From Octopus vulgaris (Eukaryota), in assembly GCA_951406725.2 (NCBI GenBank), contig OX597825.1:84258001-84322000 (forward strand): a stretch of DNA of 64,000 nt, given 5' to 3'. The position numbers and the translations under genes are program-made. Within the stretch, counting starts at the first letter, position 1; the number at the start of each line of letters is the position of its first letter. The notes beneath the pieces were generated by a model. That model had not been told where the DNA came from and ran no database searches. It saw only the letters and a list, made by a program, of their open reading frames with translations. Shown piece by piece: positions 31,003-44,824 of the stretch.

Positions 31003-31405
31003 AGCAGCGAGCTGGCAGAATCGTTAGCAGGCTGCGCAAAATGCTTAGCGGTATTTCGTCTGTCTTTACGATCTGAGTTCAAATTCCGCCGAGGTCGACT
31101 TTGCTTTTCATCCTTTCGGGGTCCATAAATTAAGTACCAGTTACGCACTGGGGTCGATATAATCGACTTAATCCGTTTGTCTGTCCTTGTTTGTCCCCCT
31201 CTGTGTTTAGCCCTTTGTGGGTAGTAAAGAAATAGGTTTTTCGTCTATCTTCACGTTCTGAATTCATATGCCACCGGATTCGACTTTGCCTTTCATCCTT
31301 TCGGGAGTCGATAAATTAAATACCAGTTACGCACTGTGGTCGATGTAATCCACTGGTTGCTTCCCTCAAAATTTCAGGCCATGTGCCTTTAGTAGAAAGG
31401 ATTAT
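31003..31405 (+). mobile_element. Composite SINE family A with duplicated body and both tail types
   Basis: Head, core and long tail to ~31234, then a second B box and core followed by the short tail (aaaatttcaggccatgtgcctttagtagaaagg). Confidence 0.88.
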
Positions 31406-31614
31406 TATCGGTAATAAGTGATGAAAGAAAAACGAGACCCGTGCCCCTACAAGTTATTGATGTTTACGTACCAACGTCCAGGAATGTGTCTCATATGGAA
31501 AATTAGAAAAGACCAATAACATTACACCGCTGTATTTAGTGGATATTTAAACAATGCGTTCGTGGGTGATTAAGGAGTTGAATGGGTGCTAATGAAGGAG
31601 AAGAAACTGAAATA

Positions 31615-31845
31615 CAATAATCCCTCGACTATCGCAGGTGTCACGTTCCAAAACCTCCTACAGAAATAATTAAATTCTAAAATATATAAATACCTATTGG
31701 CCACAGAAACCCGCGATAACTGAGAAGTGCGCGATATAAATTTAGATATATTAGTTAGAAAAATCTGTGATGTACCGAGTGCCTGATAGGTGACCCGCGA
31801 TGTATTGAGCGCGTGATAGGTGAACCGTGATATGGCGAGGGATTG
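31615..31845. mobile_element. Tigger/pogo-type MITE
   Basis: Left end ta|caataatccctcgactatcgcagg is inverse to right end ccgtgatatggcgagggatt; internal cgcgata repeats; right end abuts a SINE. Confidence 0.75.
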
Positions 31846-32120
31846 ATGTTTGTTCCTTCTCGATCCACGCCTGGTTCAAGGGCCGGTTTACTGGTTTCAT
31901 TGGCGTATAGGTTCCCCACCTGGACGGGACACCGGTGAGCTGCAAGATGCAGGAGGAAAGAGTGAGAAAAGGTTGTGGCGATGGAGTCAGCAGAAGTTCG
32001 CCATTACCTTCTGCCGGAGCCGCGTGGAGCCTAGGTGTTTCGCTCATAAACACACACATCGCCCAGTCTGAGATTCGAACGCGACTCCGCTGCTCTAACC
32101 ATTGGGCCATGTGCCTCCAC
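31846..32120 (-). mobile_element. SINE related to family B
   Basis: Reverse complement ggaggcacatggcccaatggttagagcagcgga...gagcgaaacacctaggctccacgcggctccggca matches the 21549 head and body; the tail differs. Confidence 0.88.
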
Positions 32121-32574
32121 TCTTCAATCTCGTTGTTGCTGTTTATATCTGACACCTGAAGTACGAAAAGATGTAACAAAAAAAAAAGAAAAAAAACCAT
32201 CGCTGATTATAATTTCTAGAGAAAAATCTGTAGACGTAAGCTTAGCAAGTAAAGCGTTAAGCGTCTGCCTTTCAGTTCCTCTTGATTGACTTATGTACGG
32301 GATGACGGTGGTGAGGAGGGTTACAGTTTAGTGCAGTGTATCTGTATGGCTGCTCGACAAGCTATAAGTAACAGTCAAATCTTCATATCTTTCTATCTCA
32401 TATCGCACCCTACTATCTTAAAACGGTACCCAGTTAATGGAATCATCAGAGCTATGAGATCTTTGATTATAGATCTATACGATGATAGATAATCAGTGAC
32501 GAAGTAACAACAATAACAACAACAGAAATAATACATTTCTGAATCTCTCAGAGATTCATGCAGGAGCAGCACCA

Positions 32575-32811
32575 TAAAGTGATAGTATGTTGTCGACTTA
32601 ATTTGACAGTCCCATGAAAGGGAAGAATGCTACTGTTATTTAGCCCTAGGAAACACCGTTTCCTGTTGGACTTGTCTCTACTTTGAAAACATAAGGACAC
32701 ATGAAATGTGTCAAGTCCAACAGGAAACGGTGTTTCCTAGGGCTAAATAACAGTAGTATTCTTCCCTTTCGTGGGATGGTCACATTAAGTTGACAACATG
32801 CTATCACTTTA
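32575..32811. repeat. Near-perfect palindrome, 100-bp arms with 37-bp spacer
   Basis: taaagtgatag...tactgttatttagccctaggaaacaccgtttcctgttggacttg versus caagtccaacaggaaacggtgtttcctagggctaaataacagta...ctatcacttta. Confidence 0.95.
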
Positions 32812-34575
32812 ACAATAACAACAAAAACGAAAAACCACCATCATCAACAACAACAGCAACAACGGGAGTAAAGTCAAACGGTTTCCACTTAGAGTTGAAG
32901 CCGGCTTGTAATTGTAATGTAATATGAAATTATGTATTACTTAATAACGTTATAGGAATATTGATTCTATATTTCCAGTCGAACAGAAGGTTATGTGATT
33001 TATCGACTGCACTTGAACTCTGTTGAAAGGGAGCTTACCTTAGGAAAATCTTTAGCAAGTAAATACGGTTTCTAAGAAACATGCTTGACATAAAGCAAGG
33101 AACGTGTTAGGTTGAGGGAGTGACCCCTGTAATGTCATATGAAAGATTGTTCTCGTCAAAAATGTATATCTTCTCAGTAGAATTTTGGCTGAAGTAGTTG
33201 GACGTTAGTGTTTCTCTATTACTCTTGTATGAAGAATGTGTTGTAGAAAGTAAAAAATTGTTACATTCTTGAACGGAGGGACCCCTTTATCAATATATCT
33301 GCTTGTATCGAACCAAGTAACCCAGTGCTCAAACTCATTTAAGCTATAATCACCCTGACTTAACTTTCATGAATAGTCTTTCCTGGACGACAATACGCAG
33401 TTGTGCTTCTTTAAGACTAGGTGCCTAAGGAATATTTGGTTGCGTGACAAAATAGAGGTTTACCCCTGTTGCTTGGATAAATTTATTAATAGATAAACCG
33501 GAATATTGGTGGGTTTGGCTAAAATGGAAAACGAAAATTTTCTGCCGGATCTACGATGTAAAAACGATTCCCTTTTCCCAAAACGTTAATACGTTATTTC
33601 CAAAAGCAGTGAGTATTACTGTTTGTTTTGCATATTACGTTCTTGTGTTTGTAGAGATGGGAGATCATAGTTTCTAGCGAGAGGGGCTGCTGCAGTATAA
33701 AAGAAAGCATCAGGGCAAAACGTTTAATCGTGAAGGGAAGCTTCACTGCGGCACAAGTCGCATCAGTTTGTAACGAGCTTTCATGAATGATAGTTGCCTC
33801 GGAGACATTGTATTCGCTGAGGACAATTAGACAATATTTCAAAATTGGTATTGAAGGAGATCGCTAGTTATTGATATAGAACACTTCTCATAGCCAACAA
33901 TTTCGGTTTCCATTGAAATACGAGTTGGATCGCCGATATTCAAATCAACATTTAGATTCGCAGTTTCTGAGTTAAAATGCAAATATGTGTATTTTCTCCG
34001 TCTCGCAAATTCAATGAATGTATATGCTAATAAAACAGATTCTTAAACGTATCACTGGTTAGTAATGCATAATTCCTTACATTACAATCCGAAGGAATTA
34101 CACATGCTCTAAGATCTCTGACCTCTAAGCGGGCAGTTCGAGAGATTTGTATTATCCTAAGTTCGCAGCTGGGGTGGAACTATTACCTGTGTATTTATTT
34201 GCAATTATGCTTTGTAATCAGTGAAGCTTTGCCAGAAATACGAGAATAATTAGCATTAAGGTTAATTGGTGTTAGTTTAATAAGACCCGATTATATTGTT
34301 GGTTAGTACTGTACTCAGTCTCGTCCACACACTTCTATGTCTGTAGTTTTTAATTAATAAACAGCAGTGCTAACGCTTTTTTATAAAGAGATTATACACA
34401 CTAACACATGTATGTATGTAGGTGTTTGAATATATGTATATGCATATACATATGTATATTTGTATAACGACGTCGTCGAAACGATGACGACCATAATGAT
34501 GACGACGATGAGGATGATGACGGCCGGGAAGATGATGATGATGGTGATAGTGATGATGATGATAATTGTGGTGGG

Positions 34576-34629
<54 letters not shown>

Positions 34630-36241
34630 CGACGACGACGATGATGATGATGATGATGATGATGATGGTGATGGTGATGACGATGATAGCGATAGCGATG
34701 ACAGAGAAGGGTGTGTGGTGGGGATATATTGGATTAAAACTATGTGACAGACATTTCGTGATGTTACAATAACTTTTTTTCTTTTAGTTTTGATCAATTT
34801 CGTAATAATGTGTGTTGCTATGACCACCTATTATTGTTATTATGAGAAAACCAAAAACAACAAAACAAAACAATAAATAATAACTGACAAAGATAAGAGA
34901 GAAGAAGAGAGAGGGAGAGAGAGAGATGGAGTGAGTGAGTGAGTGATGTGGTAAGAATGAAGACAATGATGTCTGTGTGCTTTAGCAGAAGACTTTTGAT
35001 TGCATTTTCTGTCCCTAAAATGGTATGAATGGAGTAATTAGCAGCTCTTGTTATGTTCTTTAGTAATTTGGTCAGATCCTTTGTTAATTAAGCAAGGTGA
35101 CGAATCTTGCGAGGTGTACTGATGAGGAAAGAGAAGGTATGTGTATGTGAATATGTGTGCGGGTGTGGAGTGTGTACATTGGTGTTGTTGTTGTGTGTGT
35201 GTGTGAGAGAGAGAAATAGAGAGGGGAGAGGGAGACAGGAAGAAGTGGACAGAGGGAGAGAGTGGACATGTACATGCATGCGTACATATATGTACACATA
35301 CGCACATATGTGTGTGTATACATGCATGTATGTATGTATGATTTATTTGTATGTATGCATGTATGTATGTATCTATGTATGCATGCATGTATGTATATAT
35401 GTATACACGTCTGCATGTATGTATTCACGAATATATGTATGTATGTATGTATGTCTGCATGTTTGTATGTATGTGTATGTATGTAGATATATATATATGC
35501 ATGTATGCATGTATTCATGTATGTAGGTATGCATATATATGTATGTATGCATTTATGCATGTATGTAGGTAGGCATGTGTGTGTGCGAGCACGTGTATAG
35601 GTTCAAATTTAGTTTGCGTAGTTCTATAGAAATCTTTTCGTATGTCGCTGCCAGAGAGAAATTCTTCTTTTCATGGTATGGATCTTCTCTAACAATCAGT
35701 CTTGCAAAAGTCCGAGTTTATGTGATTGAGTGTATATGTGTGCGTACAGACATGTGTGTATATTATTGTGTTCTCTCTCTCTCTCTATATATAGTGCTGG
35801 TATAAATTATCGTTTGATTATTGATAAGATCAGGAAGGCGAATTATCCAGTGATCGCATGAGTGAGTGTCAGGAATGTGTAATGTTATTCAATACGCTTG
35901 TTGAAAAGTGGGGCATCAGAGGCAATCGCTACGCTTGCAGCTAATAAATAACTAAATCGCCCTCCATTTACATTTGTGCATGTTATATAAAGAATGATAA
36001 ATTGGTTAATGTAGATCCATATACGTTAACACGGTGGGAAGATCAGATTTGGAATGCCTTTGTCAGTAGGGCAGATCCGATGCTAATTAACAACTGCATC
36101 ACCAATATTAACAGCAACACCAGCAACACTAAGAAGAATAAATACAGCAACTGCTCATGGATTTCGATCACAATTCATCTTTAGCCTCTTCTTCGCAGAT
36201 TCGACCAATTCTTGCGCAATATGGATTTAACTTTCGACACA

Positions 36242-36332
36242 ATAATGACGAATTTGTCAATGACGTGTTTACCAATGGCGTATGTTAATGACGTACATGT
36301 CAATGACGTACATATAATGACGTATGACGTAC
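36242..36332. repeat. ~15-bp minisatellite built on ATGACG(TA)
   Basis: About seven aatgacg-type units in 90 bp. Confidence 0.8.
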
Positions 36333-37287
36333 CATGATATAGGAGGAGTTTAGACGATGACATCAGCTTTCCGTTGAAAGGCATAACTGCCATCGTTGAA
36401 ATTTGAACTCAGGGTACAGGGATGAAGAAATACTGAAAGACAATTTCCCGACGTTCTACCGATTCAGCCAAATAATTTTATAGGACTGAGTGTACATACA
36501 TACATACATACATACAAGCAAACAGACAGACACATATATACACAGATACATACATATATATATATGTATACGATCTTTTTACTCTTTCGTTTTCTCTCTT
36601 TCTCTCTCTTATTCGTTAACCTCCTCTTCTCCCTCTATTCTATCCTGTAACTCTGTTACTCTCTCTCCCTCACTCTGCCTCCCTTGCTCACGTGGCTCCT
36701 ATGTGACCATCGGCCATCTTTCTTCTCCTAACTTGTGTTTCTTTCTTTCTCTCCGTTGTAGCTGGAACAAGAAAGACTTGTTCTTGTCTGTCTCCTGTCC
36801 AACCTTGATTTACGCGTTCGCCATCACAGCCTCGGTTAGGTTTAGCAGCCCTTCCTGTTTCTTTTCACTATCCTGTTTGTGATACCTATTTCGCCCCTCC
36901 GCAAAATCCCTAGTTATATTTAAGTTGCTTTGAGGGAGCAACTGTTTTATCGTAAGCGTATATTGTTGTTAAATACTCGAAATACGAGACTAGAAAAAAA
37001 TACAGCCAACAAATGATGAAGGGTCGTTCTTTATGTTGTTTGTCATGTTTTCCATTTGTCGTTTGTTGTTCGAAAACAATAGTTCATATTCCATGTACTC
37101 GTACTTCGTATTTGTACACGTTTCGTGACGTCCTGTGCCCACATATGTATGTATATATGTATGTATGTATGTACGTATGTATGTATGTGTGTGTGTATAT
37201 ATGTATGTATATATGTATATATATATTTATATATATATGTAAGTATGTACATATACGTATGTATATATGCACACATTCTATTCGTTT

Positions 37288-37667
37288 ACTCTTTTACTCG
37301 TTTCAGTCATTTGACCGCCTTTAATCGAACAAATCGACCCCAGCGCTTATTCTTTGTCAGCCCAGTACTTATTCTATCGGTATATTTTGTCGAACCGCTC
37401 AGTTACGGGGGCGTAAACACACCACCATCTGTTGTCAAGCGATGTTCGGGGGACAAACACAGACACAAACATATACACACACGTACATATATATATACAT
37501 ATATACGACGGGCTTCTTTCCTTTTCCGACTACCAAATGCACACACAACGCTTTGGTCGACTCGAGGCTATAGTAGAAGACACTTGCCCAAGGTGGCTCG
37601 CAGTGGGAATGAACCCGGAACCATGTGGCTGGTAAGCAAGCTACTTAAGACACAACCACTCCTGCGC

Positions 37668-37668
<1 letters not shown>
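37288..37668 (-). mobile_element. SINE family C
   Basis: Colinear with 13562-14003. Confidence 0.88.
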
Positions 37669-37711
<43 letters not shown>

Positions 37712-38483
37712 AGGTGAGAAAGTTGGTGTGTGAAAGCACGTGGTTGAATATATAGAAAATAGTAAAAAGTGAAAAAAACTCAGTATTTCTTTAAAGCTTG
37801 GTTCCATCGTAGTTATTATCTTCCGGTCACAACTCTGTACCTATATAACACACAGACACACACACCTGCACGCACGCGCGCGCATACACATATAAAATGC
37901 AAACTGAAATCTAATTAGCAAAATCTTCGTTACACAGACCATGATCACTATCTTGGATGTTTTATTCCCGTGAATGTGGACAAATCGTGTTTGCAGCAGA
38001 AAACAGCATCTGTATGGCTGTATATGCTTCCACCGCGCCATTATTGCGCGAAACCATAGATACAATACAACGGATTAGGTTTTCCATGTAAGCTAGACTG
38101 ATATAAAGAGACAGATACCTGAGAAACCAGAAAAACGTGCAGACAGTTAAAATGCAAAGACAATTTAGAAAAGGAGAAAAGCAATCGAAGGTAGAAGTAA
38201 AAATGAAATTTAATCTCAACTTACAGAAGTGCGATATCAGATTTATAAAATCTGTTTGAATCGTAGAGAATATTTTACGAGTGAAGATTATGGTAAAAAG
38301 AACTCTGCAGATAATATAACGGTGAAAACATTGTCGATGCTATTTTATGTTGGCAAAATAATTTTTGCGATAAATTCTTTTGTAGATGCTTAGAACTGTA
38401 AATGTATTTTTTCAAACTTTTTACTATTTTAATAATAATAAAGTCATGTTTCAGCTATGTCTTAGTAAATAATGATTTTTATT

Positions 38484-38682
38484 ATAAGCACAAGGCCTGG
38501 AATTTTAGGGGAGAGGTTAGTCGATTATATTGACAGCAGTGTTTCACTGGTACTCAATTTATCCACCCCGAAAGGATGAAAGGCAAAGTGGACCTCAGCG
38601 AAATTTGAACTCAGAACGTAGCAAAGGGCGAAATACCGCTAAGCATTTTGGCCGGAATGCTAACGATTCTGCCAGCTCGCCA
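38484..38682 (-). mobile_element. SINE family A, short tail
   Basis: Reverse complement of the 12607 type (cgaaaggatgaaaggcaaagt...tttgaactcagaacg...ttctgccagctcgcc). Confidence 0.92.
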
Positions 38683-40462
38683 CTTTTGTCTTAGCAAATA
38701 ATAATAAGAAGAAACCAAGAATAAACAATATGGTAATTAGAATAAGCGTGTAAAGGACACGAGTTTGGTAGCCGCGCGTTTTGCAAGGAAAACTAACCTA
38801 AAGTAATCGCCCTTGAAGTTCTAGATCACAGGCCAAAGTAGCACCATATTGTCAAAGAAGCTTATACACCCATAAAACGATCTCAGCCCCTGCTGCTGAG
38901 GGCCGGACAACGGTCCATATTCACGTTAGTCGATGTCGTTCTCACTCCAGTATCCCTACAAGCAACACCAGTACCAGCAAGCAAAGCAATGACAAGAATA
39001 AAGTAAGTGCTACAGCGATATTAAACTTGCCAATTAAGAAAGCATCACGGAATATGACATGTCAGCAAGATTTTGGTAATTCGATGCAATCATCTTTACT
39101 TGATCCTTAGACATACTTTCAATTGGCCAAATTATGTTTCACTGCCGCTCGTAGATTTTTAAATACGGCCTTAGAAAACTCCGAAGAGGTTAATTAAAGA
39201 TGGTATTCAGTTATAGAATTCTTTGAATATTGATCTCATGGTTACGATACAATATCAATACATTCAATGCCATTATTGTATTGGTGTGTGACATTAGGTA
39301 CTAATGAACCTGAAAGAAACACACGTAAGTAAATCACAGAGTTGGTCACAATCCAGGTAAAACGTAGATACCATTTGTGGTAATAAAATTCACCAGCAGA
39401 ATCCATCAGTAATTGGTGATTACATGTTACCATGCAGTAATATACATACAAATTGCTATAAGTAATGCTGGTAACAAACTGACGCCAAATCCATGGCAAA
39501 AATCTCTCTGCTCTTCACTAAGTGAATTTGAAGTTGTTTGATGATGTTCCATTATACATGGACAGCTTTTGGTAATAATGGTGAATGAAGTAGAATAAAC
39601 GAAAAGATGTTGTTTTAGGATCTTTAATATTAGGTGACTTAATTGCATTCATAAATCCTGAGCCAGATTTGCTCAGCTGCATATTGTCGCTGTTGCTATG
39701 AGTTGGGTGTCTTTTCAAATATTGTTATGATGCGATGGATTACATATTTCTTTGATGTTATTATAAGTTTGAATGAAGCAAGCTGATACGTTTTACTCAG
39801 CAAAAAACAAAACAAAACAAGAAGAACAACAGCGAGAACAACAACAGCAACTACAACAACGAATTCTAACAGCAACAACAACACCATAGCAACTTTCACT
39901 TTCATTTCTCGTGACTAAGAAGAAAATGTTTGTATTAACGATACTTCAGTTCTTGTAACACACACACACACTCACGTAGTAAACGTGAGTGCAATGTATA
40001 CATATATCTCTAAACTTCCATAGTCAATGGCCTCACTTCTTCTAAGATAAATATTTCTATCAACAGCAAACGCATGCATCACTTTGATGCAGTTCTCAGT
40101 GACACTAACAACAGGATAATAATCCTATTGAACATCACTTCATCCCCTTTGATCTAGGTTCACCAACTCATAGATCAGAAAGCTCTTGTGTCTTTATATA
40201 AATAATTGATAGTCGCATTGTTGAGCTGCTCAAAAGACTATGTTCACCTGTTCTTTACTCCAAGCTGCTAAACAAAACGTTAGCACTAAATGCAACTTCA
40301 TGGTTTATTTTATATTTTTGTTCTCAAACTGAAAATGGCGTTAAGTTTGTACATCTGTAGCAGTCTTCTGATCATATTCTATCCTCTGTAATTCACACAT
40401 CCTTCTGTCTCTTTTTCACCTCAATTTCTCCTCTACTCTCTCATACTTCTAACTTGTATATC

Positions 40463-40594
40463 CATCCAACCATCCGTCCCTCTGTCCATCCGTCCGTCCG
40501 TCCGTCCGTCCGTCCATCCGTCCGTCCGTCCGTCCGTCCGTCCGTCCATCCGTCCGTCCGTCCGTCCGTCCGTTCGACCGTTCGTCCGTCCGTC
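40463..40594. repeat. (CCGT)n microsatellite
   Basis: Direct reading. Confidence 0.96.
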
Positions 40595-42597
40595 TTTCTG
40601 GCTTCAGAAGGGGATTACTTCGAAGGAAATTAAAGGCCCAATTGAGATGTATTGTAGTTTTCTTCCTCTAGCACCAGTTCCGCTACTTTTATGTTTTATC
40701 AAACCTCGTATTTCATGAACAATTCCAAAGAGAGTTGAATAGAATTGAATAGATGAATGTATGACTCACTGACTAAGGTGTTTTTTTATTTTTCAGCCAG
40801 CAATTACATCTCGATGACAGATTAAAATTTGAACATGTGAATGTCTTTTCTCGGATATTGTGAAACTGCTCCCCTATTTTAGATAATCAGAATAATCACC
40901 AACTTCAAATTGTGTTAATATATAAACGCTTTATTTTATGTATTCTGTGCTTTTACCTGTTTACGTAAATAAATAATCATTTTACCTCTCTCTACGTCTA
41001 TCAACCAATCTATCTATTTACTTATCTATTTTTCTTTTCTTTCTCTTCCTCCATCCCCCCTCTCTCGCACGTTCTGTGCACACGCACACATGCGCACGCG
41101 AATACACACATAATATAATTATGATACGAAGAAATCAGATATTTATAAAAGAAACCAATCATATGTTTGCAAGAGCTGCGTACTGCTTCTTCACCATTAG
41201 ATCGCGAAAACTTGTTTGTTCTATGGAATTCTATTCTAATCCAGTGCTAATTAAACTGAAATAGTAGAAGTGGAATTTCTTGAAAACTCTTTGAAATTCT
41301 TCAATGTTTAACACGTTTCCTAAGGTTGTCTTCGTATCTTATGTTTATTTCTCATTCATAACCCGATCGATTTTTCTTTTACCAAAAGCTCTCTAGCAGG
41401 TAAGGGTTTTTGAAAGGGTTATCGCTGGGGACTGGAGATTATTAAAAAAAAATAAAAACTGCGTCGTCTCCTCTTGTCTTCTTTTCAATATTGACAACAG
41501 ATCTCAAGCCTAGAAAATGGATACTGTACACATTTCAACTCTTTTATTTTATTGCATCGTTTCTTACATATTTAAACACAGATCAACCATATTTTCTTGT
41601 ACTGCAAATATTGAATGTCCAACACCACCAATACAACCACCAACACCACCTTCATCTCTTCATCTCTCTCTTATGTTTTTCTCCCCCCCCCCCGCTTAAC
41701 CCCTCTTCCCTCTTTCATCCCCGCTTTCTTTATTTCTCTGAATTGGTCTCGATTTTTTTACAATCTGTAAACCTCTTGTTTGCCTTTCTCTCCATTCATA
41801 TCTAAGTGTTTTCCAAGTGTATTGAGCTGGAATACAAAAACCATCCACAATAGCCCTTATCACCCCATAACTGGAAAATGGATGAAGTTTTGTACAAATC
41901 TTCATCGTTATTTTGTTTGTGGACATTTTTATCGCACGATTATTGTATTTTCAATGTGTTTTATTGAATTTCATTTATATTTTATTCTCGCTATAATTTT
42001 ATTATATTTACTGTAGTTTTGTATTCTATGGCATTTAATCTTTATTTTATATTTTCGTTATTTTTATTGTTATTTGATTACATTCATAATGTCTTTTTAT
42101 AATAATTTTATCGTATTTCATTTTTATTGTAATTTTATCGTATTTCATTTTTATTGTAATTTTATAAAATTCTATTTTTATCGTATATTAGCCTTTATTT
42201 TAAGCAACGTTCAGTTGTTCCCTTACATTTTCTAGATGTCTTATCCTGATTCAGTATTCTTCTTATTTTTCCTTCTCTCATTATTGAACGGTAAATGTTT
42301 CTCTCTCTCTCTCTCTCTCTCTTTTGTCGCACAGTCAGTTATTTTATCACAAATATTACTATTTACTATTTACACATACACGCACATGCACATATATCTA
42401 TGGGTATATTTACCTATAAATCTATCTATCTATCCTCTTTCCATTTCCTTTTTCTTTCCTATTTACGATCCCTTTTTTTCGAAAACCTACCCCCTTTTTT
42501 ATCCCCCAAAAGAAAAGCTCTACCTTGTAATTTGCCCCGTCTGTATGCAGCCCTGTGTGGCTAATAAAGAAACATATCTATCTATCTATCTGTCTGC

Positions 42598-42667
<70 letters not shown>

Positions 42668-43325
42668 CTATCTATTTTTCTATCTATTTATTGTAGCAAA
42701 ATTGTAGTTTGTTAAGTGTTTTGTTGTGAACATTTGTACAGATATAAATACACGTTTGTTGCTCACTTTACACACATTCAACAAGGCGGATTGGACGGAT
42801 ATATTTCACTCTATATAGTCTACTAACCAGAGTGCAAGTATTTATATTTATGAAGAGGAAAATAATTTATAGCCATTGCTATTTAAGTCAAACAAAAGCC
42901 CAAATTTAAGTGAAATGCTAAGAGTATTTATCATAGCAGCAACGCAATGGATACTTGATAAATATTAGGCAAACCAGGGGGTGTATTAGCAATCTAATGG
43001 ATATTTAGAGGAATTAAAATGATAACTTTTCTATTGGCTAGGAATCCTCATACACATATGAATAGATTTATTATTATTAAAGAAAAATCTTCGAGATATC
43101 TCTGTGTGCGTAGAGTGTTTTATTATGTTTCCGGTTTTTTAGTTTTAGAAAAGAATATATAACTGCATGATTATAATTACGTGGAAAATTTTACCTATAA
43201 AGGTTATTTTAACGTACCGATCTACTTGGTAAAATTATCAATAAATTGATTAATTAATTAATTTATTTAATTAATAAAGTTTACCCTTGTATTATTAATA
43301 TATATATATATGTATATGTATATAT

Positions 43326-43404
<79 letters not shown>

Positions 43405-43431
43405 CGTGTGTGTGTGCGTGCGTGTACAATA

Positions 43432-43790
43432 TAAGTTCCTCAAGAGCTATACCAGCCCCCGAAATGGACGTCAGTGCACAGTTCGTAACGTACCAACCAT
43501 CCCAGCTGATGTGCGGAACAGGTACCACAATAGCGGGAGATTTAAGGGCCCACAAATATTGAATACTAAGAGATCTGTATAGAGTGGTGGCAGATACCTT
43601 CAAAAACACTTTGACAACCGGTTGTCCACGATTCCGGATGAGCAAAACTCATTTGGAATCACAGCAAAAGACTCAAGACAAGACAACAATATCGAACTTC
43701 CTTCTTCACCAAAAGCCAATTCCATAGAAATGACGATTGAAAATACAGATCGTGCCCCAGAATGGCCAGAACCTTTGGGCCGGCACGCAT
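43432..43790 (+). mobile_element. Decayed 3' end of a CR1/L2-group LINE
   Basis: RNRYHNSGRFKGPQILN...RDLYRVVADTFK..FDNRLSTIPDE resembles the ORF2 C-terminus of these LINEs (GPxLFNxLP...FKxxLDxxLxxIPD). Confidence 0.7.
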
Positions 43791-44043
43791 AAGAGAATAA
43801 AATAATGTGTGTGTGTGCACAATATAAATTTCTATAAACACAACTGTAAATGCATACACACACACACACACACAGTTATGTATTGTCACTTCTGTTCTAT
43901 AATTCCAATCCAACTTAATAGTTTTCGAAATTATCACAACATATGTATGTTGACAAATGTGTACAAACACCTTGAGTGCATTATATAAAGTTATCATTAT
44001 TTCCAAAATTATGAAGTTGTAAGGCTGTCATGCGAACAGAAAC

Positions 44044-44117
<74 letters not shown>

Positions 44118-44179
44118 ATATTTCGGAATGGTCATATTGCCAGTTTAGCCAATAAATCTTGCACAACAAATATTTAAAC

Positions 44180-44226
<47 letters not shown>

Positions 44227-44268
44227 TAAAAAAATGGAGTTAACGCAGGTGTAATCAAATATTTTTAC

Positions 44269-44350
44269 TTTCGACACATGTTTCGAAAATTCCACCGATA
44301 CTATTCAAAAGAATAAATGGTATAAACAATGCAATCTTCTCCTCAGGTAA
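44269..44350 (-). ncRNA. Type I hammerhead ribozyme motif in a ~143-bp cassette between two (TA)n tracts
   Basis: Minus strand ttac-CTGAGGA-GAAGATT...AATTTTC-GAAA-Catgt-GTC-gaaa; 7-bp stem II, GUC triplet, one stem I mismatch. Confidence 0.8.
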
Positions 44351-44359
44351 AATACACTC

Positions 44360-44411
<52 letters not shown>

Positions 44412-44741
44412 ATATGTATATATATATATATATATGTAAATATATGTATATATGTATATATATATGTATATATATGTATGTATAATGTATATATGCACTT
44501 AAAGTTATTTGTATATGTATATATGTATATATCCACATACATTTACATATATGTATGTATGTATGAATGTATTTGTGTATGTATGTACGTTTTTATGCAC
44601 ATATTGACTTATAGAAAGATCCATGCACGTATATGTATAAGACCGATATCGGTACATTCACAAATACATACACACACACGGACACACATCTGTATCTATA
44701 TCTATATCTATATCTATCTATCTATCTTAATATATATACAT

Positions 44742-44824
<83 letters not shown>

